Origin: Myxococcota bacterium
Lineage (GTDB): Bacteria; Myxococcota_A; UBA9160; UBA4427
Assembly (NCBI GenBank): GCA_036336835.1
Contig: JAYZFK010000024.1
Coordinates: 1-64,000 of the forward strand
Direction of reading: 5' to 3'
DNA length: 64,000 nucleotides
In this document: positions 50,010-58,731 of the stretch, one piece after another
How positions within the stretch are numbered: the stretch's first letter is position 1
Layout of the letters: each line of letters starts with the position of its first letter
Program-made: the position numbers and the translations under genes
The notes under the pieces: model-generated
Seen by the model: only the letters and a program-made list of their open reading frames with translations
The model's database searches: none
Told to the model about the DNA's origin: nothing

Positions 50010-50812
50010 CGCAGCTTCTCGGGGTTCTCGAGCCGCTGCTTGATCAGCTCCATCGTGATGCCCCCATACAGGCCGTCCGCCATCCGCTCGTCGTAGCTGT
50101 ACTTGAGCTCGAAGTAGCGTGTCCCGTCGAGCCGAGTCTTGATCCTGCCCATCATCGCAAACGACGAGCACGTCCCGTACTCCCAAAGGTGGTGGTAACC
50201 GGCGTTCATGTCCACCGAGCCCAGATTCGCGGCGAACACGGAGGTGAACAGCGGATCGTCGTCGATCATCTTCTTGGGCAGCACTCCGAGCTGATTCGCC
50301 CAGTGCAAGGCCGCCACCCCCAGCCGGATCAGGAACGGCGGGAGCCGGAGCGCGAGGCTCATCTCGCCGTCGCTGCGCGTCTTCTCGCCGCCACGCCGAC
50401 GTCGCAGGCGCACCAGGATGCCATCGACCATCTCCTCGAGCGAGCGGTCCTGGTCGAAGCGACGCTTCACCGTGACGAGCGGCGCCCCGTCCTCGAGCGC
50501 CATCTTGGCACTGAACGTGACCCATACCTCGCCGCGCTGCCACAGCCGCCCTCCCGCCACGAAGCGGTTGACGTGCGGTCGCTCGGCGAACCCCATCGCC
50601 AGCGCGCGCAGATACAGCGTGAACAGCGTGAGCTGGCGTTCGGGCGGGGCGCTGCGGTTGTACTCCTCGACGAATGCGAGCCCAGGCTCGGGATCGACCT
50701 CCATCATGTAGTAGACGAGCGATTCGTTGCGCCGCGGCGAGATGAATGGCATGAACGCCCGCATCGTCGACAGGTCACGCACGAGCTCTGCATCCGCTCG
50801 CCTACCGAACAT
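50006..50812 (-). CDS. Stand-alone 2-oxoacid dehydrogenase E2 catalytic-domain-like protein
   Basis: NRFVAG, ANLGS, YDERMADG; no lipoyl or PSB domain. Confidence 0.8.
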   Translation of the reverse strand: MFGRRADAELVRDLSTMRAFMPFISPRRNESLVYYMMEVDPEPGLAFVEEYNRSAPPERQLTLFTLYLRALAMGFAERPHVNRFVAGGRLWQRGEVWVTFSAKMALEDGAPLVTVKRRFDQDRSLEEMVDGILVRLRRRRGGEKTRSDGEMSLALRLPPFLIRLGVAALHWANQLGVLPKKMIDDDPLFTSVFAANLGSVDMNAGYHHLWEYGTCSSFAMMGRIKTRLDGTRYFELKYSYDERMADGLYGGITMELIKQRLENPEKLR

Positions 50813-51473
50813 CGCTCTCCGCCTCCGTCGAGTTGCTCGACGACCCACCGTCCGGCGGACGCCACATGCGCCAGACGCGAACGCCCAGCACCCGCTCCGA
50901 GCCCACGACCACGTAGCCCGCGCGCTGGTAGAACGGCAGGTTCGCGGCTCGGTCGGTCTCCAGGTAGCTCGACGCGCCGTCCGCGTCGACTCGCTCGAGC
51001 AGCTCGCTCAGCAGCGCGGTGCCGAGCCCGCGGCCCTGCGCATCGGGCAGCGCGCCGAGCAGATCCAGGTACCAGTGGGATTCGACGGGGTGGTGCCGAA
51101 CGAGCTCGCTGTGTACGTGGCTCCAGCGTCGCGCTACGCGCCAGCCCTGCCCCAGCAAGCAGCGCAGCTGCGTCGCGAGTGACGGCAGGGGTAGCGGCCG
51201 AGCGCCCGGCGGCTCGGCGACGAGCACGGCGCGAATCGCGCCCGCCTCGCGGGCCACGCGACAGTGAGCGCGGCCGAGCGCGACTTCGAGCGACGTGCGG
51301 CTCCCAAAGCGATTGCAGCGCAGCCGCCGCGCGGCGGGCTCACCAATCACCGCCCGGTTGAGCGGGTTGTCCCGGAACGCCGCTGCCAGCACCTCGGCCG
51401 CCTCATCCCGCTCGCCGGGGCGGAGCGGCGCGAGATCGGGAGACACGGGCGAGCGGGCTATCGCCGAGGGCAT
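50802..51473 (-). CDS. GNAT N-acetyltransferase
   Basis: HWYLDLLG..QGRGLG..YLET..NLPFYQRAGY. Confidence 0.92.
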   Translation of the reverse strand: MPSAIARSPVSPDLAPLRPGERDEAAEVLAAAFRDNPLNRAVIGEPAARRLRCNRFGSRTSLEVALGRAHCRVAREAGAIRAVLVAEPPGARPLPLPSLATQLRCLLGQGWRVARRWSHVHSELVRHHPVESHWYLDLLGALPDAQGRGLGTALLSELLERVDADGASSYLETDRAANLPFYQRAGYVVVGSERVLGVRVWRMWRPPDGGSSSNSTEAESDVR

Positions 51474-51573
51474 CACCAGGCAAGGTAGCGACCCGGGGAC
51501 GCGGGCCGCCGTTCCCCGCCGGGAATTGCGCCTGGGGATCAAGCGAGTCTCGAGCGGGCCCGATATAGGGGAG

Positions 51574-52872
51574 ATGCGAAGCGGCGAGATCTGCAGGCTG
51601 GCCGACCAGGCGAGCTGGGCGCAGCGCGAGGGCAACCCCGCGCGCGTGGCCGAGGCGCTCGAGCGGCTGTGCGAGCTCGAGCCCGACGATCCCGGGGCCT
51701 GGAAGGGGCGGGGGCGGGCCTACCAGGAGCTCGGGCGTCCGCTCGAGGCGGTCGCCGCCCTGGTCCGCGCCGCCGGCCTCTACACGGAAGCCGGCGCGGG
51801 GATTCAGGCCATCGCCGTCTGCAAGTGGATCCTCGAGATCGACCCGACCCACACCGCAACGCTCGACCGGCTGACGCACCTGCAGCAGGTCGCGGACCTG
51901 CCGGGACCGGGGGGCCGGCGCACACCCGGCCGCGCCACGCACCGCGGCGCGCGCGGCGCTCCGATCGAGGAGCTGATGCTGCGCGACGTCGTCGAGCCGG
52001 AGAGCGTCGCCGACGCGGCGGGCCTGCGCGAGATTCCGATCGAACGCGAGCCGGCCGGCCCGCTCGGCAACGAGGCGCAGCAGACCGCGCGCGGCCTGGT
52101 GTCGACACCCCTGTTCCGCTGCCTCGGTGCGCGCGCATTGCGCCGGCTGATCGCGGCCACTCGCCTCGTGCGGCTGTCCGAGGGACAGGTCTTGTTCCGA
52201 CAGGGCGATCCGGCAGACGCCCTGTACGTCGTCTCCGAGGGGGCCGTGGTACTGATCGCCGACCCCGGCGCGCCGCAGCGGCTCGCGGTGTTCGAGCCCG
52301 GCGACTTCTTCGGCGAGGTCGCACTCCTCGCGGACCAGCCGCGCAACGCGACGATCCAGGCACTGATCGACACCCAGCTCCTGGCGATCGACCGCGAGGT
52401 GATCGGGGATCTGCTCGCGGACGAGCCCGAGGTCCTCGCGGGGATGCTGCGCTTCCTGCGCGAGCGACTGGTGGCCCGCCTGATTCGCACGAGCCCGGTA
52501 TTCGCAGGGATCGGTCACGCCGAGGGCGCGCAGCTGGCCCGCGCGTTCCGGTTGATGGAGGTGCAGGAGGGTGCCGTGCTGATCGAACAGGCGGCCCCCT
52601 CGTGCGGGCTGTTCCTGGTACTGGCCGGCGAGCTGCGCGTGATCGAAGAGCAGCCGGACTGCGACAAGGAGATCGCGACCCTGCACGCGGGAGACCCGTG
52701 CGGCGAGATGTCGCTGCTCGACGCCGCACCCGCCGTTGCGAGCGTCGTTGCCGCGCGCAAGTCGTGGCTGCTGCTGCTTCCGCGCGACGAGTTCGACCGG
52801 GTCCTGAAAGCGCACCCGCGCCTCGACGAGCGCCTCGCATCGATCGCGGACGCGCGCCGGAGGCAGCGGTGA
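51574..52872 (+). CDS. TPR + two cyclic-nucleotide-binding domains protein
   Basis: TPR-like helices; FRQGD..FGEVALL..PRNAT; second domain CGEMSLL..PAVAS. Confidence 0.88.
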   Translation: MRSGEICRLADQASWAQREGNPARVAEALERLCELEPDDPGAWKGRGRAYQELGRPLEAVAALVRAAGLYTEAGAGIQAIAVCKWILEIDPTHTATLDRLTHLQQVADLPGPGGRRTPGRATHRGARGAPIEELMLRDVVEPESVADAAGLREIPIEREPAGPLGNEAQQTARGLVSTPLFRCLGARALRRLIAATRLVRLSEGQVLFRQGDPADALYVVSEGAVVLIADPGAPQRLAVFEPGDFFGEVALLADQPRNATIQALIDTQLLAIDREVIGDLLADEPEVLAGMLRFLRERLVARLIRTSPVFAGIGHAEGAQLARAFRLMEVQEGAVLIEQAAPSCGLFLVLAGELRVIEEQPDCDKEIATLHAGDPCGEMSLLDAAPAVASVVAARKSWLLLLPRDEFDRVLKAHPRLDERLASIADARRRQR

Positions 52873-52940
52873 GCCCCCGCAGACCCGCGCCGGGTACACT
52901 CGCCAGCGACGCGGCCGAGCGGTACAGCGAGGAAATCCCC

Positions 52941-54569
52941 TTGGACAGCGACGCGCAGATCGCGCTCGAGCTTCGCTATGACGACGACGGCAAGGAAATC
53001 CGGGTCGAGGTCGCCGGGCAGGATTTCCTGATCGGCCGCGGGCCGAGCTGCAGCCTGATCCTGACGGACGAGAGCGTCTCGCGGCGCCACGCCGAGATCA
53101 CCCGAAGCGCCAAAGGATGGACGATCCGCGACCTGGGCTCCAAGAACGGGATCAAGGTCAACACCTACCGAACCGACCAGCACCCCCTGCGCAACGGCGA
53201 TCGCATCGATATCGCAGCCGTCCGACTGTACGCGCGCATCGTGACGACCGGGCCAACGGCGCGCGCCAAGGTGGTGTTCGACCCGCGCGACAAGCGCCGC
53301 CACACGCAGATCCTCGACGTCGCCCGCCTCGACTCGATGCTCTCGTCACCGGCCATTCCCGGCGCCGGCGAAAGCTCGCCGCTCGCCGCGGGGTTGCGCG
53401 ACCTCGACGACGCCGAGACGGGGCTGCGCCTGTTCAGCGACGCCGCCGAGGCGCTGATCTCCTGCGATTCGCTCGACGAGACGCTCGATCGGATCCTCGA
53501 GCTCGTATTCGGCAACCTGCCGGCAGACCGCGGCGTCATCTGCCTGTACGACGAAGATCGCAAGCAGACCTCGCCTCAGGTGATGCGTACGCAGGAGGGC
53601 AGCTCCGACGAGCCCATTCGGATCAGCAGCCACATCGCCAACGACGTGATCACGCGCAAGCGGTCACTGCTGGTCAACGACCCGCTGCGAGACGAGCGCT
53701 TCGGAGGCGCCGAGAGCGTGATCCTGATGAATATCCGCTCCGCGATGTGTGCGCCGCTGTATCGCCGGGGCCGCGTCATCGGCTTCGTGTACGTCGACCG
53801 CCAGAGCGCGCAGGATCCCTTCACGACTGCGCACCTGCACGCACTATCGACTCTCGGCATCCTGTCGGCGGTGGCAGTCGAGCAGGCATCCCTGCGCGAC
53901 GGACTGCGCCGCGCGCAGGAAATCCGCTCGCGGCTCGCGCGCTACAGCTCGCCGACGGTCGTAGAGCGAATCGTCGCCGACGCCAGCGAGTCGGCAGCGA
54001 TGATCACCGACGAAGCCGACGTGACAGTGGTCTTCGCCGATCTCACTGGTTTCACGGCCATGGCCGAGGCGCTCGAGCCGGGCGAGACGGTGCGCGTGCT
54101 CAATCAGGTATTCGAGCGCATGACCGACGCCATCTTCGAGTTCGAGGGAACGCTCGACAAGTTTCGCGGGGATGGGCTGATGGCCTTCTTCGGAGCGCCA
54201 CTACCATTGTCCGACCATGCGGAGCGCGCGGTCGCGGCGTCACTGCGCATGCAGGAGCTGCTCGCCGAGCTCAACTCCTACGCCGAGGACCGCCAGCTCC
54301 AGATGCGCATCGGCATCCACTCGGGCAACGTCATCGTCGGCGACATCGGCTCGCCCCAGCGCAAGGACTACACCGTGATCGGGGACGTCGTAAACACCGC
54401 GAGCCGACTCGAGTCGTCGGTGGCGCTCCCCGGAGAGATCGTGATCGGCGAGGAGACCTGGAAGCGAGTGCGGGGTCGCTTCGACTGCGAGCCGCTCGAG
54501 CCCGCGCGGCTCAGGGGCAAGCGCCAGATCGTCCAGCCCTACCGGGTCGTCGGGCCGATCGAGACCTGA
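52941..54569 (+). CDS. FHA-GAF-class III adenylate cyclase
   Basis: IGR..SRRHA..SKNG (FHA); SAMCAPL..YVD (GAF); FADLTGFT, DKFRGDG, YTVIGDVVNTASRLE; alternative GTG 52869. Confidence 0.93.
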   Translation: MDSDAQIALELRYDDDGKEIRVEVAGQDFLIGRGPSCSLILTDESVSRRHAEITRSAKGWTIRDLGSKNGIKVNTYRTDQHPLRNGDRIDIAAVRLYARIVTTGPTARAKVVFDPRDKRRHTQILDVARLDSMLSSPAIPGAGESSPLAAGLRDLDDAETGLRLFSDAAEALISCDSLDETLDRILELVFGNLPADRGVICLYDEDRKQTSPQVMRTQEGSSDEPIRISSHIANDVITRKRSLLVNDPLRDERFGGAESVILMNIRSAMCAPLYRRGRVIGFVYVDRQSAQDPFTTAHLHALSTLGILSAVAVEQASLRDGLRRAQEIRSRLARYSSPTVVERIVADASESAAMITDEADVTVVFADLTGFTAMAEALEPGETVRVLNQVFERMTDAIFEFEGTLDKFRGDGLMAFFGAPLPLSDHAERAVAASLRMQELLAELNSYAEDRQLQMRIGIHSGNVIVGDIGSPQRKDYTVIGDVVNTASRLESSVALPGEIVIGEETWKRVRGRFDCEPLEPARLRGKRQIVQPYRVVGPIET

Positions 54570-54606
54570 CCCACTATCCTCGGGGGCGCCGAACGAGGAG
54601 CCCCCC

Positions 54607-55803
54607 ATGAGTGATCCCAACGCCTCCGTCGTCGAACGAGGCAGCGACGTGCTGGTCGGCAACTACGCGCGCGCACCGATCGCCGTGGTGCGCGGCGAAG
54701 GCTGCAATCTGTTCGATGCGGCGGGCCGGCGCTACCTGGACCTGATGGGCGGCATCGCGACCGTCGCGCTCGGCCACTCCCACCCGCGCGTGATGGCGGC
54801 GCTCGAGGAGCAGGCGCGCAAGCTGTGGCACGTCTCGAACCTGTTCGCGAGCGAGCCCCAGATCGAGGCGGCCGAGCGCATCGTCGCGCACTCGTTCGCC
54901 GAACGCGTCTTCTTCTGCAACTCGGGCGCCGAGGCCAACGAGGCCGCGCTCAAGCTCGCTCGGCGCTGGCATCGCGAGCACGGAGACGATCGCTACGAGA
55001 TCGTGGCGTTTCACGGGGGCTTCCACGGCCGCACGCTGCTCACCCTCTCCGCCACCGGTACGCCCGCCTATTGGGAGGGCTTCGAGCCGCTGGTTCCCGG
55101 CATCTCGTTCGCCGAGTTCGGCGACCTGGCGAGCGTCGAGTCGGTCCTCACGGATCGCACGGCCGCAATCCTGGTCGAGCCCGTGCAGGGCGAGAGCGGC
55201 GTGCGGCCCGCTCCGCCCGGCTTCCTGCAAGGCCTGCGCGAGCTCGCCAACCAGAACGGCGCGATCCTGATCTTCGACGAGATCCAGTGCGGCATCGGTC
55301 GCACGGGCACCCTGTTCGCCTACGAGCAGCACGGCGCGGTGCCGGACGTGATGACACTCGCCAAGGCGCTCGGCAACGGCATCCCGATCGGTGCGACGTG
55401 CACGACCGAGCGCTTCGCCAAGGCGCTCGTGCCGGGTACGCACGGGTCGACGTTCGGCGGAAACCCGCTGGCGGCCGCCTGCGCCAGCGCCGTGCTCGCC
55501 GAGCTCACCGAGGGCGGTGTGCTCGAGCACGCACAGCAAGTCGGAGCCTGGCTCGACGATCAGCTCGCGGCCATGGCCGCGCGGCTCGGCGACAAGGTGG
55601 TCGAGCTGCGTGGCGTCGGCCACCTGCGCGCGATCGAGCTGCCGGGCCCCGCGGCAGACGTCGTCGCCGCCTGCCGCGAACAGGGGGTGCTGGTCATCCA
55701 GGCGGGCCCGAACAACGTGCGACTGGCGCCCGCCCTGGTGATCACATGCGACGAACTCGCGACGGGGCTCGACGTCCTCGAGCGCGCCATCGCCGCCTGC
55801 TAA
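54607..55803 (+). CDS. argD: Acetylornithine aminotransferase
   Basis: FFCNSGAEANEAA, FHGRT, EPVQGE, DEIQCGIGRTG, LAKALG, HGSTFGGNP. Confidence 0.93.
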   Translation: MSDPNASVVERGSDVLVGNYARAPIAVVRGEGCNLFDAAGRRYLDLMGGIATVALGHSHPRVMAALEEQARKLWHVSNLFASEPQIEAAERIVAHSFAERVFFCNSGAEANEAALKLARRWHREHGDDRYEIVAFHGGFHGRTLLTLSATGTPAYWEGFEPLVPGISFAEFGDLASVESVLTDRTAAILVEPVQGESGVRPAPPGFLQGLRELANQNGAILIFDEIQCGIGRTGTLFAYEQHGAVPDVMTLAKALGNGIPIGATCTTERFAKALVPGTHGSTFGGNPLAAACASAVLAELTEGGVLEHAQQVGAWLDDQLAAMAARLGDKVVELRGVGHLRAIELPGPAADVVAACREQGVLVIQAGPNNVRLAPALVITCDELATGLDVLERAIAAC

Positions 55804-55828
55804 CCGCCGTCTTTCCGAGGAGCCCGTC

Positions 55829-56791
55829 ATGATCCCCGAGCGCTACGCGAGCTACCAGAAGACCGTCACAGTCGGCACCGTCAACTTCATGTCCACGCCG
55901 GGCGACAAGGCCGACAACCTCGCGAAGATCGAGGCAAACGTTCGTGAGGCCGCGGCACAGGGTGTCGATATCGTGGCCTTCCCCGAAGAGGCGTTGATCG
56001 GCTGCGGCGGCTGCGACGTCTGCAGCACGGGTGCGCCTCACTGCGAGTACCACGACTCGCTCGCGGAGACCGTCCCCGGGCCCTCGACCGAGCGGATTGC
56101 CGAGCTCGCACGCGAGCTCGATCTGTACGTCGTGTTCGGGCTGGCCGAACGCGATACCAGCGACGCGAGCGTGTTGTACAACGCGGCCGCCGTCATCGGT
56201 CCCGAGGGCATCCAGGGCACCTACCGCAAGCTCCACCTCGGATCGCTGCCGTGGGTGACGGAGGGTGTGACCTTCGCACCCGGCAATCTCCTGCCGGTGT
56301 TCGAGACGCGGTTCGGACCGATCGGCGTGATCATCTGTTACGACTTCTGGTTCAACCCCGAGCTCACGCGCCTGCTCGCCCTCAAGGGCGCGCGGCTGAT
56401 CGTCAACTGCTGCGCCACGTTCTCCGGTCCCGGGAAACGCGAGTACATGATCCACACCACGTCGACCCGGGCGCAGGAGAACCTGTGTTACGTGGCGAGC
56501 GCCAATCAGTGCGGCGGCCCGGATTCGTCGGGAAGCTATGGCGCCGGACAGCTCGACGAACGTCGCGCAGCCGAGTTCCTCGGACACAGCACGATCGCGG
56601 GCCCGGCCTTCCCGCGCTTCAGCCACGTGTACGCCGAGGCCGGCGACGGCGAGGAGCTCGTCTCGGCCACGCTGAGCTTCGAGAAGCTCCACCGCTGGGA
56701 GAGCATCTTCCCGTGGCGCGACTGGCGTGCAACGCATCAGGCCGGCACATCGCGGCTGATCGCCGACGAGTTCCGCAAGCTGGCTCCCTGA
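55829..56791 (+). CDS. Carbon-nitrogen hydrolase (nitrilase superfamily)
   Basis: Triad motifs FPEE, YRKLHL, ICYD. Confidence 0.92.
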   Translation: MIPERYASYQKTVTVGTVNFMSTPGDKADNLAKIEANVREAAAQGVDIVAFPEEALIGCGGCDVCSTGAPHCEYHDSLAETVPGPSTERIAELARELDLYVVFGLAERDTSDASVLYNAAAVIGPEGIQGTYRKLHLGSLPWVTEGVTFAPGNLLPVFETRFGPIGVIICYDFWFNPELTRLLALKGARLIVNCCATFSGPGKREYMIHTTSTRAQENLCYVASANQCGGPDSSGSYGAGQLDERRAAEFLGHSTIAGPAFPRFSHVYAEAGDGEELVSATLSFEKLHRWESIFPWRDWRATHQAGTSRLIADEFRKLAP

Positions 56792-56806
56792 CGCAGGGGT
56801 GCGCGC

Positions 56807-58183
56807 TCAGGGCTCGACGTAGCCCAGGTGCTCGAGCTGGCGCCGCTCCTCGGGGTCGGGTGACAGCGGTGCGGCGCTCGGCGCGGCGCCCGGCACCTGC
56901 CCGGCCCGGATTGCCTGTGTCCGCTGGCGCCACGCGGAGCGCAACGCTGCGACCCGCTCCGGCTCCAGCAGGCTCACATCGTGCTCCTCGGAGGGGTCGT
57001 CGCGGAGCCGAAACAGCTGCTCGGCCCCCGTCTCGAGCTCGCGCACGTACTTGTGCCGCGGGGAGCGCAGCGCCACGAACCGCTGCGGATAGGTCGAAGG
57101 GTTCGATACCAGCAGCGGGGCACCACCCGGCGGCCCGGCCAGCAGATCGCTCCCCGAGAGGTTTGCCGGCGCGGCAACTCCCGCCATCGCCAGGAGTGTC
57201 GGCAACGTGTCGAGGTTGCTGACCTGGACGTCGGACGAGCGCGCTTTGCGCATCGCGGACCGGGGCGGCTTCACGACCAGCGGGACGCGCAGGCTCGCGT
57301 CATAGACGTACCAGCCGTGCTCGAAGTAGTAGTCGTGCTCGCCGAGACTCTCGCCGTGGTCCGACGTGAACACGACGCCGCTCTTCGCATAGAGACCCTG
57401 CGAGCGCAGAAGATCGAGTACCGAGCCGAGCGCTTCGTCCATCGCCAGGATCTCGGCGTCGTACTGGCTCACGTACCACGCCACCCGATCCTCGTCACCC
57501 ATCCGTTGATACGAGGGCAACGCGCCGAGCACGCGATTGGGCGGCACGCCCTCCGGCAGCTGGTAGTCGAGGGGAACCCGTCGCCGCTCCGCCTCGAACA
57601 GGGCGTCGCCGACGAAGCGGTCGCGCAGGTGCGCGGGCGGCGTGTAGGGACCGTGTGGATCGATGTAGTGGATCCAGACGAAGGTCGGCTGCGACCAGTC
57701 GTGGTCCGCGGCCCAGCCGCGGAACGCGTGCATCTGCGGCTCGAGGCTTCCGCGCTTGCCGAACTCGTCGTAGCGGTCGAAGCCGCGGCCGAAGCCCTTG
57801 CGGGCTGCCAGGATCGGATTCGCGACGAAGGCCGCCGTCGCGTAGCCGTCCGCCGAGAGCAGCTCGGCGATCAGCGGTGTCGTCTCGGACAACGCGAACC
57901 GGTTCGAGGTCAACCCGTGGCGCTCGGGCTCGAGCCCGGTGAGGTGCGAGGCGAGCGACGGCCCCGTCTTCGGTACGAGTGTCACGGCCTGGCGAAACAC
58001 CAGACCATCGGCTGCGAGCGCCTCGAGGTGGGGAGTCGTGCGACGCGCGTAGCCGTGCAGTGTCGTGTGATCGGCGCGCAGCGTGTCGGCCGTGATCAGG
58101 AACAGGTGCGGACGCTCGTCCGCACACCCGGGCCCCAGCAGGAGCAGCGCACAGACGACGGCGCTACGCGTCCGGGGCGGCAT
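56807..58183 (-). CDS. Sulfatase-fold (alkaline phosphatase superfamily) lipoprotein
   Basis: DTLRADH, TGPSLASHLTG, DPHGPY, SDHGE..EHG; Cys20 lipobox. Confidence 0.9.
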   Translation of the reverse strand: MPPRTRSAVVCALLLLGPGCADERPHLFLITADTLRADHTTLHGYARRTTPHLEALAADGLVFRQAVTLVPKTGPSLASHLTGLEPERHGLTSNRFALSETTPLIAELLSADGYATAAFVANPILAARKGFGRGFDRYDEFGKRGSLEPQMHAFRGWAADHDWSQPTFVWIHYIDPHGPYTPPAHLRDRFVGDALFEAERRRVPLDYQLPEGVPPNRVLGALPSYQRMGDEDRVAWYVSQYDAEILAMDEALGSVLDLLRSQGLYAKSGVVFTSDHGESLGEHDYYFEHGWYVYDASLRVPLVVKPPRSAMRKARSSDVQVSNLDTLPTLLAMAGVAAPANLSGSDLLAGPPGGAPLLVSNPSTYPQRFVALRSPRHKYVRELETGAEQLFRLRDDPSEEHDVSLLEPERVAALRSAWRQRTQAIRAGQVPGAAPSAAPLSPDPEERRQLEHLGYVEP

Positions 58184-58643
58184 CCGAGCGCTCCCGCGCC
58201 GCCTCGCCGCGCGCGGACGGCGGACGGAATACCCAAAGCTCGCCGAACAGGAAGTTCAAACCCATCCCGGCGGCGATGCCGCCGAGGTTTGCGATGCGGT
58301 AATCGACCTCGAACCAGTACACCAGCCCCGCGAGCACCCCCGCGTTCACGCCGAGCGAGCTGAACAGGGTCGCGGCCTGGTACTGGAGAAACTTCTGGGC
58401 GATCCGCCGCAGCGAGCCGCCGAAGTCGTAGCGCCAGATCCAGATCGAGCTGAGCACGAAGTTGCTGAGGATGGCGCTCTCGATCGCGATCAGGCTCGCG
58501 CCCAGCAGCGGCCAGCCCAGCACGCCGTGCAGCCCCATGAGCAGCGACTGGTTCACGACGACGCCGCTGGCGCCCACCACGCCAAAGCGCGCGAACCGGA
58601 GGGCCCGATCGAGCAGGGCCTGGCTCCGACCGCTTCGCGCCAC
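58164..58643 (-). CDS. GtrA-family membrane protein
   Basis: RFGVVGASGVVVN, SNFVLS..W, ANLGGI..NF; four TM helices. Confidence 0.88.
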   Translation of the reverse strand: MARSGRSQALLDRALRFARFGVVGASGVVVNQSLLMGLHGVLGWPLLGASLIAIESAILSNFVLSSIWIWRYDFGGSLRRIAQKFLQYQAATLFSSLGVNAGVLAGLVYWFEVDYRIANLGGIAAGMGLNFLFGELWVFRPPSARGEAARERSDAAPDA

Positions 58644-58731
58644 GCGCGCAAGGTATCCCAGCCCCTCGCGTCTGACGAACCCGCGCGCGCGAGCACGACG
58701 GCGTGCGAGCGGAGCCGGAAATCTCGACGCG

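Noticed and set aside
51574..54569. Pycsar/CBASS-type antiphage system
   Set aside because: Cyclase has adenylate-type residues and FHA/GAF inputs; the receptor lacks TIR or TM effectors; housekeeping context
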